Shown: positions 45,761 to 56,760 of the stretch, piece after piece
How the letters are laid out: the number at the start of each line of letters is the position of its first letter
Numbering within the stretch: position 1 is the first letter of the stretch
Made by a program: the position numbers and the translations under genes
Notes under the pieces: model-generated
Seen by the model: only the letters and a program-made list of their open reading frames with translations
The model's database searches: none
What the model was told of the DNA's origin: nothing
Origin: Pseudooctadecabacter sp.
Lineage (GTDB): Bacteria > Pseudomonadota > Alphaproteobacteria > Rhodobacterales > Rhodobacteraceae
NCBI RefSeq assembly: GCF_965657175.1
Contig: NZ_CBFHNH010000003.1
Span: 94,155-158,154, forward strand
Length of the DNA stretch: 64,000 bases
Reading direction: 5' to 3'

Positions 45761-45929
45761 CAAAGCGACAGCCCCACGTTGAAGGTGCCGTTCGTGGCAC
45801 CCACGCCCACATTCGGCGTCACACCATTGGGTCCAACAGACACGCCTACATTGCCGGTCGGGCGAAACGGCGGATCATCCGCTCCACAGGCGGCAACCAC
45901 GGTCAAAGCGACGAGGGCGAAAACAATCT

Positions 45930-45933
<4 letters not shown>
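45760..45933 (-). CDS. 57-aa predicted lipoprotein (not in ORF track)
   Basis: [16 protein letters not shown] lipobox. ATG overlaps the argH stop (ATGA) and its TGA overlaps the next ATG. Confidence 0.8.
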
Positions 45934-47324
<1,391 letters not shown>

Positions 47325-47354
47325 GAATTGCGTCCTTAAGCACGGGTGTCCCGA

Positions 47355-47942
47355 ATGAGAAAACAGCTGATCCTTGCCGCTGCCGCCGTCATCGGTGTTG
47401 CCGGTGGGCTATACCTAGCGAGCGAGACCGAGGGAACCCCCGGCCTGCCAGAGATAGATTTTGCCGCCGTCGAAGCGATGCGCGAAGGCGACATGCAAAA
47501 GCTGCAGTTCGGCGTCGATCGCGGGTCGGACGTGGTGTTTGTGAACGAAGACGGGTCAGACATGACCTTGGCCGCGTTCCAAGGCAAACATGTGGTGCTG
47601 AATTTCTGGGCCACGTGGTGTGCGCCCTGTCGCAAAGAAATGCCGCATCTGTCGGACCTGCAAAGTGAGTTGGGCAGCGACACCTTTGAAGTCGTGACCG
47701 TTGCCACCGGCCTCAACCAGCGGCCTGCGATGGAACGGTTTCTGGATGAAATTGGCGTGGACAACCTGCCGCTACACACCGACCCCAACTCCGCCCTCGC
47801 CCGCGACTTCGGCGTTGTCGGCCTGCCGGTCACGCTCATCCTCAACCCCGAAGGTTACGAAATCGCCCGACTGATCGGAGATGCCGACTGGGCGAGCGAA
47901 CCTGCAATGAAAATTCTGCGGGCGTTGGTGGCAGGCGAGTAA
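47355..47942 (+). CDS. TlpA-family thioredoxin-like disulfide reductase
   Basis: N-terminal [23 protein letters not shown]. Confidence 0.9.
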   Translation: MRKQLILAAAAVIGVAGGLYLASETEGTPGLPEIDFAAVEAMREGDMQKLQFGVDRGSDVVFVNEDGSDMTLAAFQGKHVVLNFWATWCAPCRKEMPHLSDLQSELGSDTFEVVTVATGLNQRPAMERFLDEIGVDNLPLHTDPNSALARDFGVVGLPVTLILNPEGYEIARLIGDADWASEPAMKILRALVAGE

Positions 47943-48026
47943 GGACGATACTTAAGAACCGCAACAAATGCCCGCTTCGAGCCCAACCTTGCGTGTTGTT
48001 GCATCGAAGCGAATGTCGGCTATCGG

Positions 48027-48059
48027 TAGACAGGGTGAAAATTGGTTGTATGATACAAC
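48027..48059 (+). promoter_or_regulatory. Promoter and operator of the MarR-GNAT gene
   Basis: TAGACA-N16-TATGAT. Perfect dyad GTTGTAT-G-ATACAAC (48045-48059) overlaps the -10 and ends 1 nt before ATG 48061. Confidence 0.65.
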
Positions 48060-48060
48060 T

Positions 48061-49011
48061 ATGGGCCAACTCGTTTCCACACAGCGTATCGACGAACTGC
48101 GAGCAGCTTCACGTGAGATCGTCCGGCAGCTTGGATTCATGCAGAAAGGGTTAGCTGGGACATCGCTGTCTCCGTCGGCCGTGCATACGATCATTGAGTT
48201 GGGCTACGGCACCGTCAAAAATGCAGGTGATTTGGGCGAGATGCTACATCTGGAGAAGTCGTCGGTCAGTCGGCTCGTCCAAAAGCTCGCTGAAGATGGA
48301 TTGATCGAGGCAAGGTCGAACCCTTCCGACCGGCGATCTCGACAAATCGGCCTCACGAAAGAAGGCAAAGCACTTCTGAAATCGCTTGAGGACTTCGGGC
48401 GCAAACAAATGAAGTCGGCCTTCGTGCATCTTGCGAAGGATGATCTCGCCAAGGTTGAATCAGGTCTGACGCTTTTTGCGAAAGCGCTGCGAGGAGAAAA
48501 AAGCCGCCACATCAACACGAATGCGGTGGAGCTTCGCCAAGGCTATTGCCCCGGAATGATCGCGTCCGTCGTTGGCCTGCATGCCTCGTATTACGCGACT
48601 AACTATGGGTTTGGTGCCGTCTTTGAGCGGAAGGTTGCAACCGAAATGTCAGAGTTCATGGGGCGCATTGCGAACCCTACGAACACGACATTCTCCGCTT
48701 TTCTTGGCGAAACACTTCTCGGCTCGGTATCTCTTGATGGAGAAGACCTCGAAGAAAGTGTCAGTCATCTAAGATGGTTCATCGTCAGTCCCGAGTCGCA
48801 AGGCATGGGTATCGGTAATCTGCTTCTTGAAGCGGCGACCTCATTTGTGGACTCGGCAGGTTTCGAGAAGACGCGGCTCTGGACATTCAAAGGGCTCGAT
48901 GCAGCCCGCCACTTGTATGAAAAGCACGGCTTTGAGTTGGTCCATGAAAACCGTGGCAGCCAATGGGGTACGGAAGTTGTTGAACAAGAGTTCGAACGAA
49001 AACGGACGTAA
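48061..49011 (+). CDS. Bifunctional MarR-type HTH / GNAT N-acetyltransferase
   Basis: LEKSSVSRLVQKL..DGLI......DRRS..I.LT.EG, then LRWFIVSPESQGMGIG..LL...RLWTF.GL.AARHLYEK.GF. Confidence 0.9.
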   Translation: MGQLVSTQRIDELRAASREIVRQLGFMQKGLAGTSLSPSAVHTIIELGYGTVKNAGDLGEMLHLEKSSVSRLVQKLAEDGLIEARSNPSDRRSRQIGLTKEGKALLKSLEDFGRKQMKSAFVHLAKDDLAKVESGLTLFAKALRGEKSRHINTNAVELRQGYCPGMIASVVGLHASYYATNYGFGAVFERKVATEMSEFMGRIANPTNTTFSAFLGETLLGSVSLDGEDLEESVSHLRWFIVSPESQGMGIGNLLLEAATSFVDSAGFEKTRLWTFKGLDAARHLYEKHGFELVHENRGSQWGTEVVEQEFERKRT

Positions 49012-49061
49012 TCCATCTGGACTTGAACGGCGGCAAAGTCCGCAGAACGACCTCCGCTTGC

Positions 49062-49376
49062 TTATCCCTGCAACTGACCGCGCAGGTGTTCGGCCTCTTG
49101 TCTGGCGTCGCGCAATCCGTCCATCGCGGCGCGCAACTCGGCCTCGGTCTGGCTCAGCTGGTTGGTAATCTCGGCTTCGCGTTGTTGCAGATAGGTGATC
49201 GCCTGATCGCGGGTTTCTTCGGCCTCGTGCAGGGCTTGCGCCATCCGGTCCAATTCACCCACTTCGGCTTTGGACACGCGGGTGAAGCGGTTGATCAGCC
49301 AACTGGCAAACCAGCCCAGACAAAACGCAACAAAGAGGATGATCGCTGTGGCGACGATGAATTCGGTTCTGTTCAT
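49062..49376 (-). CDS. Small TM plus coiled-coil protein
   Basis: 104 aa, one N-terminal TM, heptad-rich tail, coupled to the upstream OmpA gene. Confidence 0.8.
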   Translation of the reverse strand: MNRTEFIVATAIILFVAFCLGWFASWLINRFTRVSKAEVGELDRMAQALHEAEETRDQAITYLQQREAEITNQLSQTEAELRAAMDGLRDARQEAEHLRGQLQG

Positions 49377-51265
49377 TCGGTGGCCTCGTCCCCGGTCTCT
49401 TGTTCGGCGGCTTCTGCTTCGATCTGCTCAAGCGCTGTAAGTTCTTCGGTACTTTCTGGCACGATCAATGTAAACTCAATCCGGCGGTTCGCCTCACGGC
49501 CCGCTTCGGTTTCATTGTCGGCGATGGGGTTTTCTTCGCCGTATCCCACGGACCGGAAACTAGACACCGGCACACGGCGCACACGCAACGCATCAAGCAC
49601 CGCATCGGCACGCTGCTGGCTCAGACGTTGGTTGCCTTCTTCAGACCCTTGGCTGTCGGTGTAGCCCGCAATTTCCAGACGCAAATCGGAACAACGGCGC
49701 AGAATTTCCGCGATGTCGTCGATGATGCTTGCACCTTCACCCGCGATATTGGCGGAACCGGGGTCAAATGTGATCTTACGCGCAGTCGTCACAGCCGTGA
49801 TCTGATCAAGGCATTCTTCCTCGGTCGGCAGCGCTGCAATCGGGTCGAGCGCTTCGACATAGGTCACATCGACCTCAAATTCAGCCGAACTGCCCAGCTT
49901 ATCCACCAGCAACCGTGTAATGACGCCATTTGCGTCTTCGATACCGGAATTGCCGCGCACGACAACAGTGTCCGGCTGCACCGTGACCGACCCGTTGGAC
50001 AGCGATGACAGGGCCTCAACCCCAGCCAGAACGCGCATGGGCCATGTGCCAGGCAGGCCATCGGACACGCGCGTGGCCATGGAAATGTCGTTGGATCCGA
50101 ACTTGGCACGGGCGAAGTTTTCGGCAGTGGTGTTCAACAATTCATCGGACACCCGTCCGCGCAATTGTACCAGACCTTCGGGGCTCAACGTAGCGACAAA
50201 CTGCGGCGGCCCTTCTTGGCCGGATGTCGGTGCGGCGGGCAAAATCGCCTCAAGCGCGAAGGCCTCCGGCAGGGTGTTTTCCAGCTCCCCCGCGATGCGA
50301 TCAAACAGCCCCTGGACTGCGCCTTGCTGCCCCACAAGGGTAACTTCGGTGTCGGACACCGTGACGGTGCCGCCGCCCAATTCATCGACTGCCTCAAGCG
50401 CCATTGTCACTGCATCCGCCCAGCGCGCGGTTGGCGCGCCCAAGGCGACGGTGCAGCCCACGCGGCCCTCAACACCGGCAGCTTGCGCTGCGGCAACGAT
50501 GCGGCGTTCGGCGGCAGGGGTATCGGCCACACAGCTGTCAAACCGCGCGCCATCGGCGTCCTTGATAAAGCGCGTCACGAAGGGCGACACCACCTGACGG
50601 GGCGCCATGATGTTCAACGTCACCAACTGACCGGCGGGCGTGATCCGGCGCAGTTCATTTTCGAATCTGGCTTTTTCCTCAGGCGAATCTGAAATCGCCT
50701 CAACCGAAACGCGGCCCGCGCGCACGGAAATCTTCGACCGTGGAAGCTGGCGCAAAGCCCGCAGGGCAAAATCCACCGAATCGTCCCAGCCCACTGGGGT
50801 TTCATAATCCGCCGTCTCAAGGAAATCCGCGAAGTTGCCATCGCGCCCTGCAAGGCCCGCAAACCGTGCGGTCAGCGCCTCACGGTCCGTGGCAGCGGGG
50901 ATCAGCCCGATCAGCGACACACCGCTGTCATTGCGCAAAATCTCCATCGAGAATTCGGGCGCTTGCAACGCCTCCGAGGCTTTGACGGTCATGTTGTCGA
51001 TCACGCGGCTGGCGTCGACCATGGACCCCGCGGTGGAAATGGCGCGAAAGCGGTTGGCTTCGGTCGGGGCTTCGCCTTCAAGGATCACTTGCAACCCGTC
51101 GCCCAGCACGGTCGCGAAGTCGTGCCCGTTCTCCTGCAAGGCCACCTGCACCGCCTCAACCGACCGCGTCTCTACGGTGGCGACGGCAAAGCGCGCGCCC
51201 ACAACGCAGATGAGGGCTGCGACGGCAAACGCCGCGAGGCGCACAAAAAGTTCTGACAGCCGCAT
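49373..51265 (-). CDS. OmpA-family protein with BON-like repeats
   Basis: N-terminal TM, repeated units, C-terminal ITFDPGSA, AGYTD, NQRLSQQRADAV, NRRIEF. Confidence 0.88.
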   Translation of the reverse strand: MRLSELFVRLAAFAVAALICVVGARFAVATVETRSVEAVQVALQENGHDFATVLGDGLQVILEGEAPTEANRFRAISTAGSMVDASRVIDNMTVKASEALQAPEFSMEILRNDSGVSLIGLIPAATDREALTARFAGLAGRDGNFADFLETADYETPVGWDDSVDFALRALRQLPRSKISVRAGRVSVEAISDSPEEKARFENELRRITPAGQLVTLNIMAPRQVVSPFVTRFIKDADGARFDSCVADTPAAERRIVAAAQAAGVEGRVGCTVALGAPTARWADAVTMALEAVDELGGGTVTVSDTEVTLVGQQGAVQGLFDRIAGELENTLPEAFALEAILPAAPTSGQEGPPQFVATLSPEGLVQLRGRVSDELLNTTAENFARAKFGSNDISMATRVSDGLPGTWPMRVLAGVEALSSLSNGSVTVQPDTVVVRGNSGIEDANGVITRLLVDKLGSSAEFEVDVTYVEALDPIAALPTEEECLDQITAVTTARKITFDPGSANIAGEGASIIDDIAEILRRCSDLRLEIAGYTDSQGSEEGNQRLSQQRADAVLDALRVRRVPVSSFRSVGYGEENPIADNETEAGREANRRIEFTLIVPESTEELTALEQIEAEAAEQETGDEATE

Positions 51266-51322
51266 GGCGGATCCTTTGAAACCTGTGGGGTGTCGTTTAG
51301 GCGGTTCGGGCCTTGGGTTCAA

Positions 51323-52282
51323 TCATAGGAAAAACGCGACGGCGAAAAACGGCAAGGGGATCAGGCCTGCATCGCGGTTGGACCGGAACAGGCGCAGCAG
51401 GTGGGGGCCGTCGTCCGCGTCAAACGTGCGCAGCTGCCACGCCAGATGCCAACCCATGGCCCACGGCCCACCCAGCGCCACCACCAACGCCAGAATAGAC
51501 GCGTTTTGCGCGGCCCAAACGATGGCAAGGCCCAACAGCACAATCGTGTTCATCAAGAACAAACGCAGCCATTTGCGGGTCGCATCGCCAAAGAGCCGTG
51601 CTGTGGATTTGACCCCGATCAACGCGTCATCTTCGGCGTCCTGATGGGCATAGATGGTGTCGTAGAAAAGCGTCCAGGCGATGCCGGCCAGATAAAGGAC
51701 AAAGGCGGGCCATTCCAATGCGCCGGTGTGGGCTGTCCATGCCAGCAGCGCCCCCCAGTTGAAGGCAAGGCCCAAAAACACCTGCGGCCACCACGTGAAC
51801 CGTTTGGCGAAGGGATAAATGGCCACCGGAATGAGAGACGCAAAGCCAAGAAAGACCGCATTGGGGGGGAAGGTCAGCAGAATCAGCAAAGCCACCAGCG
51901 ATTGCGCAGCCATCCAGATCAGCGCGGCCCGCACGCCCACCTGCCCCGATGGAATGGGCCGTTGCGCCGTGCGTTCCACCGATCCGTCGATGTGCCGGTC
52001 GGTGATGTCGTTCCACGTGCACCCCGCACCACGCATGAGAAACGCGCCCAACGCACAGCCAAGCGCGATCCATGCATCATAAAGGCTGGCGCTGCCCGTG
52101 TGCAGCATCGCCAACAGCAACGACCACCAGCAGGGCAGTAACAACAGCCACGTGCCGATCGGCCTGTCCGCACGGCTTAACCGCAGAAAGGGCCGCGTGC
52201 GCGCAGGGGCCCAAGTGTCGACCCAATTGCCGGTCACAGCATCGGCAATCGGCCCCTCTGGTGTCCCGTCTTGATGGGTCAT
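51323..52282 (-). CDS. ubiA: 4-hydroxybenzoate polyprenyltransferase
   Basis: RADRPIGTWLL, GAGCTWNDITDR.ID..V.RT..RP, YPFAKRF, YDTIYAHQD.EDD..IGVKSTA. Confidence 0.95.
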   Translation of the reverse strand: MTHQDGTPEGPIADAVTGNWVDTWAPARTRPFLRLSRADRPIGTWLLLLPCWWSLLLAMLHTGSASLYDAWIALGCALGAFLMRGAGCTWNDITDRHIDGSVERTAQRPIPSGQVGVRAALIWMAAQSLVALLILLTFPPNAVFLGFASLIPVAIYPFAKRFTWWPQVFLGLAFNWGALLAWTAHTGALEWPAFVLYLAGIAWTLFYDTIYAHQDAEDDALIGVKSTARLFGDATRKWLRLFLMNTIVLLGLAIVWAAQNASILALVVALGGPWAMGWHLAWQLRTFDADDGPHLLRLFRSNRDAGLIPLPFFAVAFFL

Positions 52283-52293
52283 ATGGTCCTCAC

Positions 52294-53034
52294 ATGGCAC
52301 GGAAAAACAATCACATTCGGCTCTATGTAGATCATCCTTTGGGGGCGGCGCAAAGGGTCAGCCTGACGCGGGATCAGGCGCATTATCTGTTCGGGGTTAT
52401 GCGGTTGGGGCTGGGCGGCCCCGTAGCCCTGTTCAACGGGCGCGACGGCGAATGGCACGCGCAGGTGAGTGAGACTGGCAAGAAAGGCGGCGTCCTGACC
52501 TGCGTCGACCAGATCCGCCCGCAAACCGCCCCGCCGGATCTGTGGCTGGTCTGTGCGCCGATCCGCCGTGAACGGCTGTCGTTTATGGTGGAAAAGGCGG
52601 TGGAATTAGGGGCCGCGCGGATTGTGTTGATGCAGACTGAGTTCACTCAAGACGCCAAGCGGGTCCGTGTCGACAAATTGCAGGCCACCGCCATCGAAGC
52701 AGCGGAACAATGTGAGGCGCTGGTGGTGCCTGAAGTCACCGAGGTCACCAAGTTCAAAACCCTGATGGACGGCTGGGACACCACCCGCCACATCATGTTC
52801 TGCGATGAGGCCGCCGCCGGGGCCGCCACTGCCCTGCCCGACGCCTCCGCCCCGAATACCACCAACCCGTGGGCCGTATTCATCGGACCCGAGGGGGGGT
52901 TTTCCGACACCGAACGCGCGCGCCTGCGTGAGGTGGCGTCGCCTGTCTCGCTCGGCCCGCGCATCCTGCGTGCAGAAACGGCAGCGATTGCAGCCCTGAC
53001 ACTGTGGCAATCGCGGCTGGGGGACTGGACGTGA
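52294..53034 (+). CDS. rsmE: 16S rRNA m3U1498 methyltransferase
   Basis: HYL..VMR, LFNGRDGEW, EKAVELG, EAAEQC, FIGPEGGFS, LGPRILRAETA. Confidence 0.95.
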   Translation: MARKNNHIRLYVDHPLGAAQRVSLTRDQAHYLFGVMRLGLGGPVALFNGRDGEWHAQVSETGKKGGVLTCVDQIRPQTAPPDLWLVCAPIRRERLSFMVEKAVELGAARIVLMQTEFTQDAKRVRVDKLQATAIEAAEQCEALVVPEVTEVTKFKTLMDGWDTTRHIMFCDEAAAGAATALPDASAPNTTNPWAVFIGPEGGFSDTERARLREVASPVSLGPRILRAETAAIAALTLWQSRLGDWT

Positions 53035-53870
53035 CTTGGCGACGCGTCACGCAGGCCGATGTCCCGCTGGTGGAGGCTTTCTTGAAACGCCACATCGAAA
53101 CGTCCGTTTTTCTGGTGACCAACCTACGCCGCTATGGCCCCGACGGCGGCCCAGAGGCCTACGCTATGACATATTGGATGACCGGCGATCCAGTGTCTGG
53201 CGTGATCGCGCAATCTACGACCGGCACAGTCATGGCGCAATGGCCGGACGCGGGCGATTGGGCTAAGGCCGCAGCCGTTCTGCCTGCCCCTGTCACGGGC
53301 GTCATTGCCGATGGCGATCAGATGCAGGCGTTTTTGGCGGCAACCGGATTGACGACGGCGCCGACGATGCTGGATGCCGACGAAACCCTCTATGCTCTCG
53401 ACCTTGCTGACCTGAACGCGCAGCCCGGGCCTGCGCAATTGCGGGCCCTGACCGACGCGGACCGAGGCATCTTGGTTCCGTGGCGCACAGACTATGCCGT
53501 CCACACATTGGGCGAGCCTGAAAACACCGCCCCCGCCCGTGCTGAAGCCGAGATTACCCATTTCATCGCAGCCAGATCCCACCGTCTTTTGGTAGATGGT
53601 GAAGTGGCATTGTCGATGACCGGCTTCAACGCGGTGGTCGATGATCTGGTGCAGGTCGGCGGAGTGTATACTCCGCCAGCCGAACGCGGGCGTGGACTGG
53701 CGCGGCGTGCGGTGGCTTTGCATCTGGAAGAGGCACGCGCGTCGGGCGGGACCCGTGCGATCCTCTTTGCCAACGATCCGTCAGCGATGGCTGCTTATAA
53801 GGCTGTCGGATTTCACTCCATTGGACGGTTCCGGTTGGTGACTTTCACAAACCCGCAGGTGTTGGCATGA
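53031..53870 (+). CDS. GNAT family N-acetyltransferase
   Basis: VQVGGVYTPPAERGRGLAR, AYKAVGF. GTGA overlap with rsmE. Confidence 0.88.
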   Translation: MTWRRVTQADVPLVEAFLKRHIETSVFLVTNLRRYGPDGGPEAYAMTYWMTGDPVSGVIAQSTTGTVMAQWPDAGDWAKAAAVLPAPVTGVIADGDQMQAFLAATGLTTAPTMLDADETLYALDLADLNAQPGPAQLRALTDADRGILVPWRTDYAVHTLGEPENTAPARAEAEITHFIAARSHRLLVDGEVALSMTGFNAVVDDLVQVGGVYTPPAERGRGLARRAVALHLEEARASGGTRAILFANDPSAMAAYKAVGFHSIGRFRLVTFTNPQVLA

Positions 53871-54376
53871 TCCGCCCCGAAGTCAAAACGCTCGCCTGGA
53901 AATGGCGGGAGGTTCTCTTTGCCGCCGCTGTGGCGGGGCTTGGTTTGTGGTGGGGCGCGGTATCCTTCGGGGTGATGGTCTGGCTGGGCTATGGCGTGGC
54001 GGCAGTGGCAGTGATGCTGGGGATCGCTGCGGCCCAAAAGGTGCGGTTTCGCGGGGACAGCGACGGGCCGGGCGTGGTCGTTCTGGATGAACGGCGCGTG
54101 ACCTATTTGGGGCCTGAGGATGGGGGGGTCGCAGATTTGGACCTGATGGTGCAACTTGATGTGACACCGGCACCTGCGTGGCGGCTTATCAACGGGGATG
54201 GCAACTACATCGACATCCCCACAAATGCCAAAGGGGTTGAGGTTTTGTTCGACGCCTTTACCGCGCTTCCGGGCCTTTCGACGGAACACATGCTGTCGGT
54301 TCTTCAGCGCACAAAGCCTGCGCGCATGACCGTCTGGATGGCACCAGACCACAGACCTTACAAACAGGTGCATTGA
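53867..54376 (+). CDS. Membrane protein, function unknown
   Basis: Two TM segments, then GPGVV..DE..VTY.GP..GG beta-rich domain. ATGA-coupled. Confidence 0.75.
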   Translation: MIRPEVKTLAWKWREVLFAAAVAGLGLWWGAVSFGVMVWLGYGVAAVAVMLGIAAAQKVRFRGDSDGPGVVVLDERRVTYLGPEDGGVADLDLMVQLDVTPAPAWRLINGDGNYIDIPTNAKGVEVLFDAFTALPGLSTEHMLSVLQRTKPARMTVWMAPDHRPYKQVH

Positions 54377-54446
54377 CACCGCCGCCCACAGGGGCCAACG
54401 ATGAAGTCCCAACGCGGAAAACGGCCCAAGTTCAGGAGCGCCCATC

Positions 54447-55817
54447 ATGTCCATTCCACAGTCCGGCGGCGGTCCGATTGAACGCCACGAACAACTTGCC
54501 GAATATCTTGCCGAGGGATGCAAGCCCAAGCAGGATTGGCGCATCGGCACCGAACATGAAAAATTCGGCTACTGTGTTGAGACCCACAAACCCCTGCCAT
54601 TTTCTGGTGAACGATCCATTGAGGCCGTGCTGTCCGGCCTGCGCGATCGCTACGGCTGGGCCCCTGTGACCGAAGGCGGGTTCCTCATCGGGTTGGAAAA
54701 GGACGGCGCCAACGTATCGCTGGAACCCGGCGGCGCGTTGGAGCTGTCAGGCGCACCGGTTGAGACGATCCACCAGACCTGTGACGAAGTGAATTCTCAT
54801 TTGGCCGAGGTCAAATCCATCGCCGATGAGATCGGCGTGGGCTTTATCGGGCTGGGCGCGGCCCCTGAATGGTCCCACGATGAGATGCCCCTGATGCCCA
54901 AGGGCCGCTACAAGCTGATGGATGCCTATATGGATAAGGTGGGCACCAGCGGCAAAATGATGATGCGCCGGACCTGTACGGTTCAGGTGAACCTCGATTT
55001 TTCATCTGAGGCGGACATGGTGCAAAAGATGCGCGTGGCGTTGGCGTTGCAGCCCGTGGCTACGGCGCTCTTTGCCAATTCGCCGTTCTGGGAAGGCAAA
55101 CCCAACGGTCACAAATCATGGCGCAGCCGCGTGTGGCGGCATCTGGATGATGCGCGCACGGGCATGTTGCCTTTTGTGTTTGAGGACGGCTTCGGGTTTG
55201 AACGGTGGGTGGAATACGCCCTCGATGTGCCCATGTATTTTATCTACCGCGATGGGGAATACGTAGATGCGCTGGGTCAGTCATTCCGTGATTTTCTGCG
55301 CGGCGAACTGCCCGCTCTGCCCGGTGAAACGCCGACCCTGTCGGATTGGGCGGACCATCTGACGACAGCCTTCCCCGCAGCGCGGTTGAAGAAATTCATC
55401 GAAATGCGCGGGGCCGATGGCGGGCCATGGCGGCGGTTGTGCGCGTTGCCCGCGTTTTGGGTCGGTCTGACCTATGACCAAGAGGCTTTGGATGCAGCTT
55501 GGGACCTGTGCAAAAATTGGGACGCGGAGACACGCGAGGCGTGGCGCGTCGCAGCTTCGGTCGACGGGTTGCAGGCGCGCGTGGCCGGGCAGTCCATGCA
55601 CGACATCGCCCGCGAGGTTGTGGCGATTGCCGAAACGGGCCTCAGGAACCGCGCGATGCCCGGTGCGGGCGGCTTGGTGCCCGATGAGACCCATTTTCTG
55701 AACGCGTTGAAGGAAAGCATCGAAACCGGCAAGACACCGGCGGACGAATTGCTGGACGATTATAACGGGGACTGGGGCGGCGATCTGAGCAAGATTTACG
55801 CGGCCTATTCTTATTAG
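54447..55817 (+). CDS. gshA: Glutamate--cysteine ligase (alphaproteobacterial/plant type)
   Basis: RIGTEHEKF, SLEPGGALELSG, MPKGRY, TCTVQVNLD, FANSPF, EMRGADGG. Confidence 0.96.
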   Translation: MSIPQSGGGPIERHEQLAEYLAEGCKPKQDWRIGTEHEKFGYCVETHKPLPFSGERSIEAVLSGLRDRYGWAPVTEGGFLIGLEKDGANVSLEPGGALELSGAPVETIHQTCDEVNSHLAEVKSIADEIGVGFIGLGAAPEWSHDEMPLMPKGRYKLMDAYMDKVGTSGKMMMRRTCTVQVNLDFSSEADMVQKMRVALALQPVATALFANSPFWEGKPNGHKSWRSRVWRHLDDARTGMLPFVFEDGFGFERWVEYALDVPMYFIYRDGEYVDALGQSFRDFLRGELPALPGETPTLSDWADHLTTAFPAARLKKFIEMRGADGGPWRRLCALPAFWVGLTYDQEALDAAWDLCKNWDAETREAWRVAASVDGLQARVAGQSMHDIAREVVAIAETGLRNRAMPGAGGLVPDETHFLNALKESIETGKTPADELLDDYNGDWGGDLSKIYAAYSY

Positions 55818-55848
55818 GATCGAATTTGGCTACGCCAAATCCGACCAG

Positions 55849-55901
55849 CTGGGGGTTTCACACCCCCAGACCCCCGTGGAGTATTTGAGGCAAAACGAAA
55901 C
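55849..55901. repeat. Intergenic repeat family, copy F (variant)
   Basis: CTGGGGGTTTCACACCCCCAG hairpin plus GGAGTATTTGAGGCAAAACGAAAC, which shares its tail with the reverse complement of copy C. Confidence 0.7.
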
Positions 55902-55906
55902 GAAAA

Positions 55907-56161
55907 TCAGCCGCGGACGGTGAGGTCATCGACAAAGGCGCGCACTTTGGCCTCCGTCATTTCACACGGTTTGAGAAGGTCGCCTGCGGCAAGGTGATAG
56001 AGGTTGAGGCTGATATAGTCTGATCCGTCCAGCGCCTCGGCCACCAGTTTTTCGCCTTTGCCGTTTGCGACATGGGCGTGGGTGACGATCCAGTCCTTGC
56101 CATGGGCCTGACCGCGAAAGGTGCCCAAGGGCAACTGGGCAAGCTTTTGGGCGAAGCTCAC
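55907..56161 (-). CDS. Small hypothetical protein (84 aa)
   Basis: GTG overlaps the plsY stop. 'KLVAEALDGSDYISLNLY...LKPCEM' block. Confidence 0.7.
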   Translation of the reverse strand: MSFAQKLAQLPLGTFRGQAHGKDWIVTHAHVANGKGEKLVAEALDGSDYISLNLYHLAAGDLLKPCEMTEAKVRAFVDDLTVRG

Positions 56162-56760
56162 TTTTGGCCGATTTTGCTTTCCTCGCCAGACACAAGGCGA
56201 TGAATGTTGGTGCGGTGACGTGCGAAGATCAGCGCCCACAGCGCGGTTGTCAGTACGAAGACACCGGGCCAACCAAAGAACGCCGCAATGGGCGCGCTGA
56301 GGGCGGCCACCAGCGCAGCCAGTGACGAGTACCGCAAGAGTGCGGCAGTCGCGAGCCAAGCAACGGCGGCGACGACGCCCACGGGCCAGAGGACGCCGAA
56401 CAGGACGCCATAGAAGGTGGCGACGCCTTTGCCGCCGTTGAATTTCAGCCAGACGGGAAAGCAATGCCCGATCATTGCCGCAAAACCCGCCAGTTGTGCC
56501 ACATCCGGCCCCGCCACAGCGCGCGCCAACAGGACGGCCACAAGGCCTTTGCCAGCGTCAAAGAGCAACGTCAGCGCCGCTGCCTTTTTGGACCCCGTGC
56601 GCAAGACATTCGTCGCGCCAATGTTGCCCGACCCGATGTCGCGCAGATTGCCCAGCCCCATCACGCGCGCGATGATCACGCCGGACGGAATAGACCCGAT
56701 CAGATAGGCGATCACAGCCCAGAGTGCGAAGGTGGGCAGGGTATTGACGATCTCAGGCAT
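56158..56760 (-). CDS. plsY: Glycerol-3-phosphate acyltransferase PlsY
   Basis: YLIGSIP, GSGNIGATNVLR, DAGKG, GHCFP, FNGGKGVAT, HRTNI.RL..GEE. Confidence 0.97.
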   Translation of the reverse strand: MPEIVNTLPTFALWAVIAYLIGSIPSGVIIARVMGLGNLRDIGSGNIGATNVLRTGSKKAAALTLLFDAGKGLVAVLLARAVAGPDVAQLAGFAAMIGHCFPVWLKFNGGKGVATFYGVLFGVLWPVGVVAAVAWLATAALLRYSSLAALVAALSAPIAAFFGWPGVFVLTTALWALIFARHRTNIHRLVSGEESKIGQK

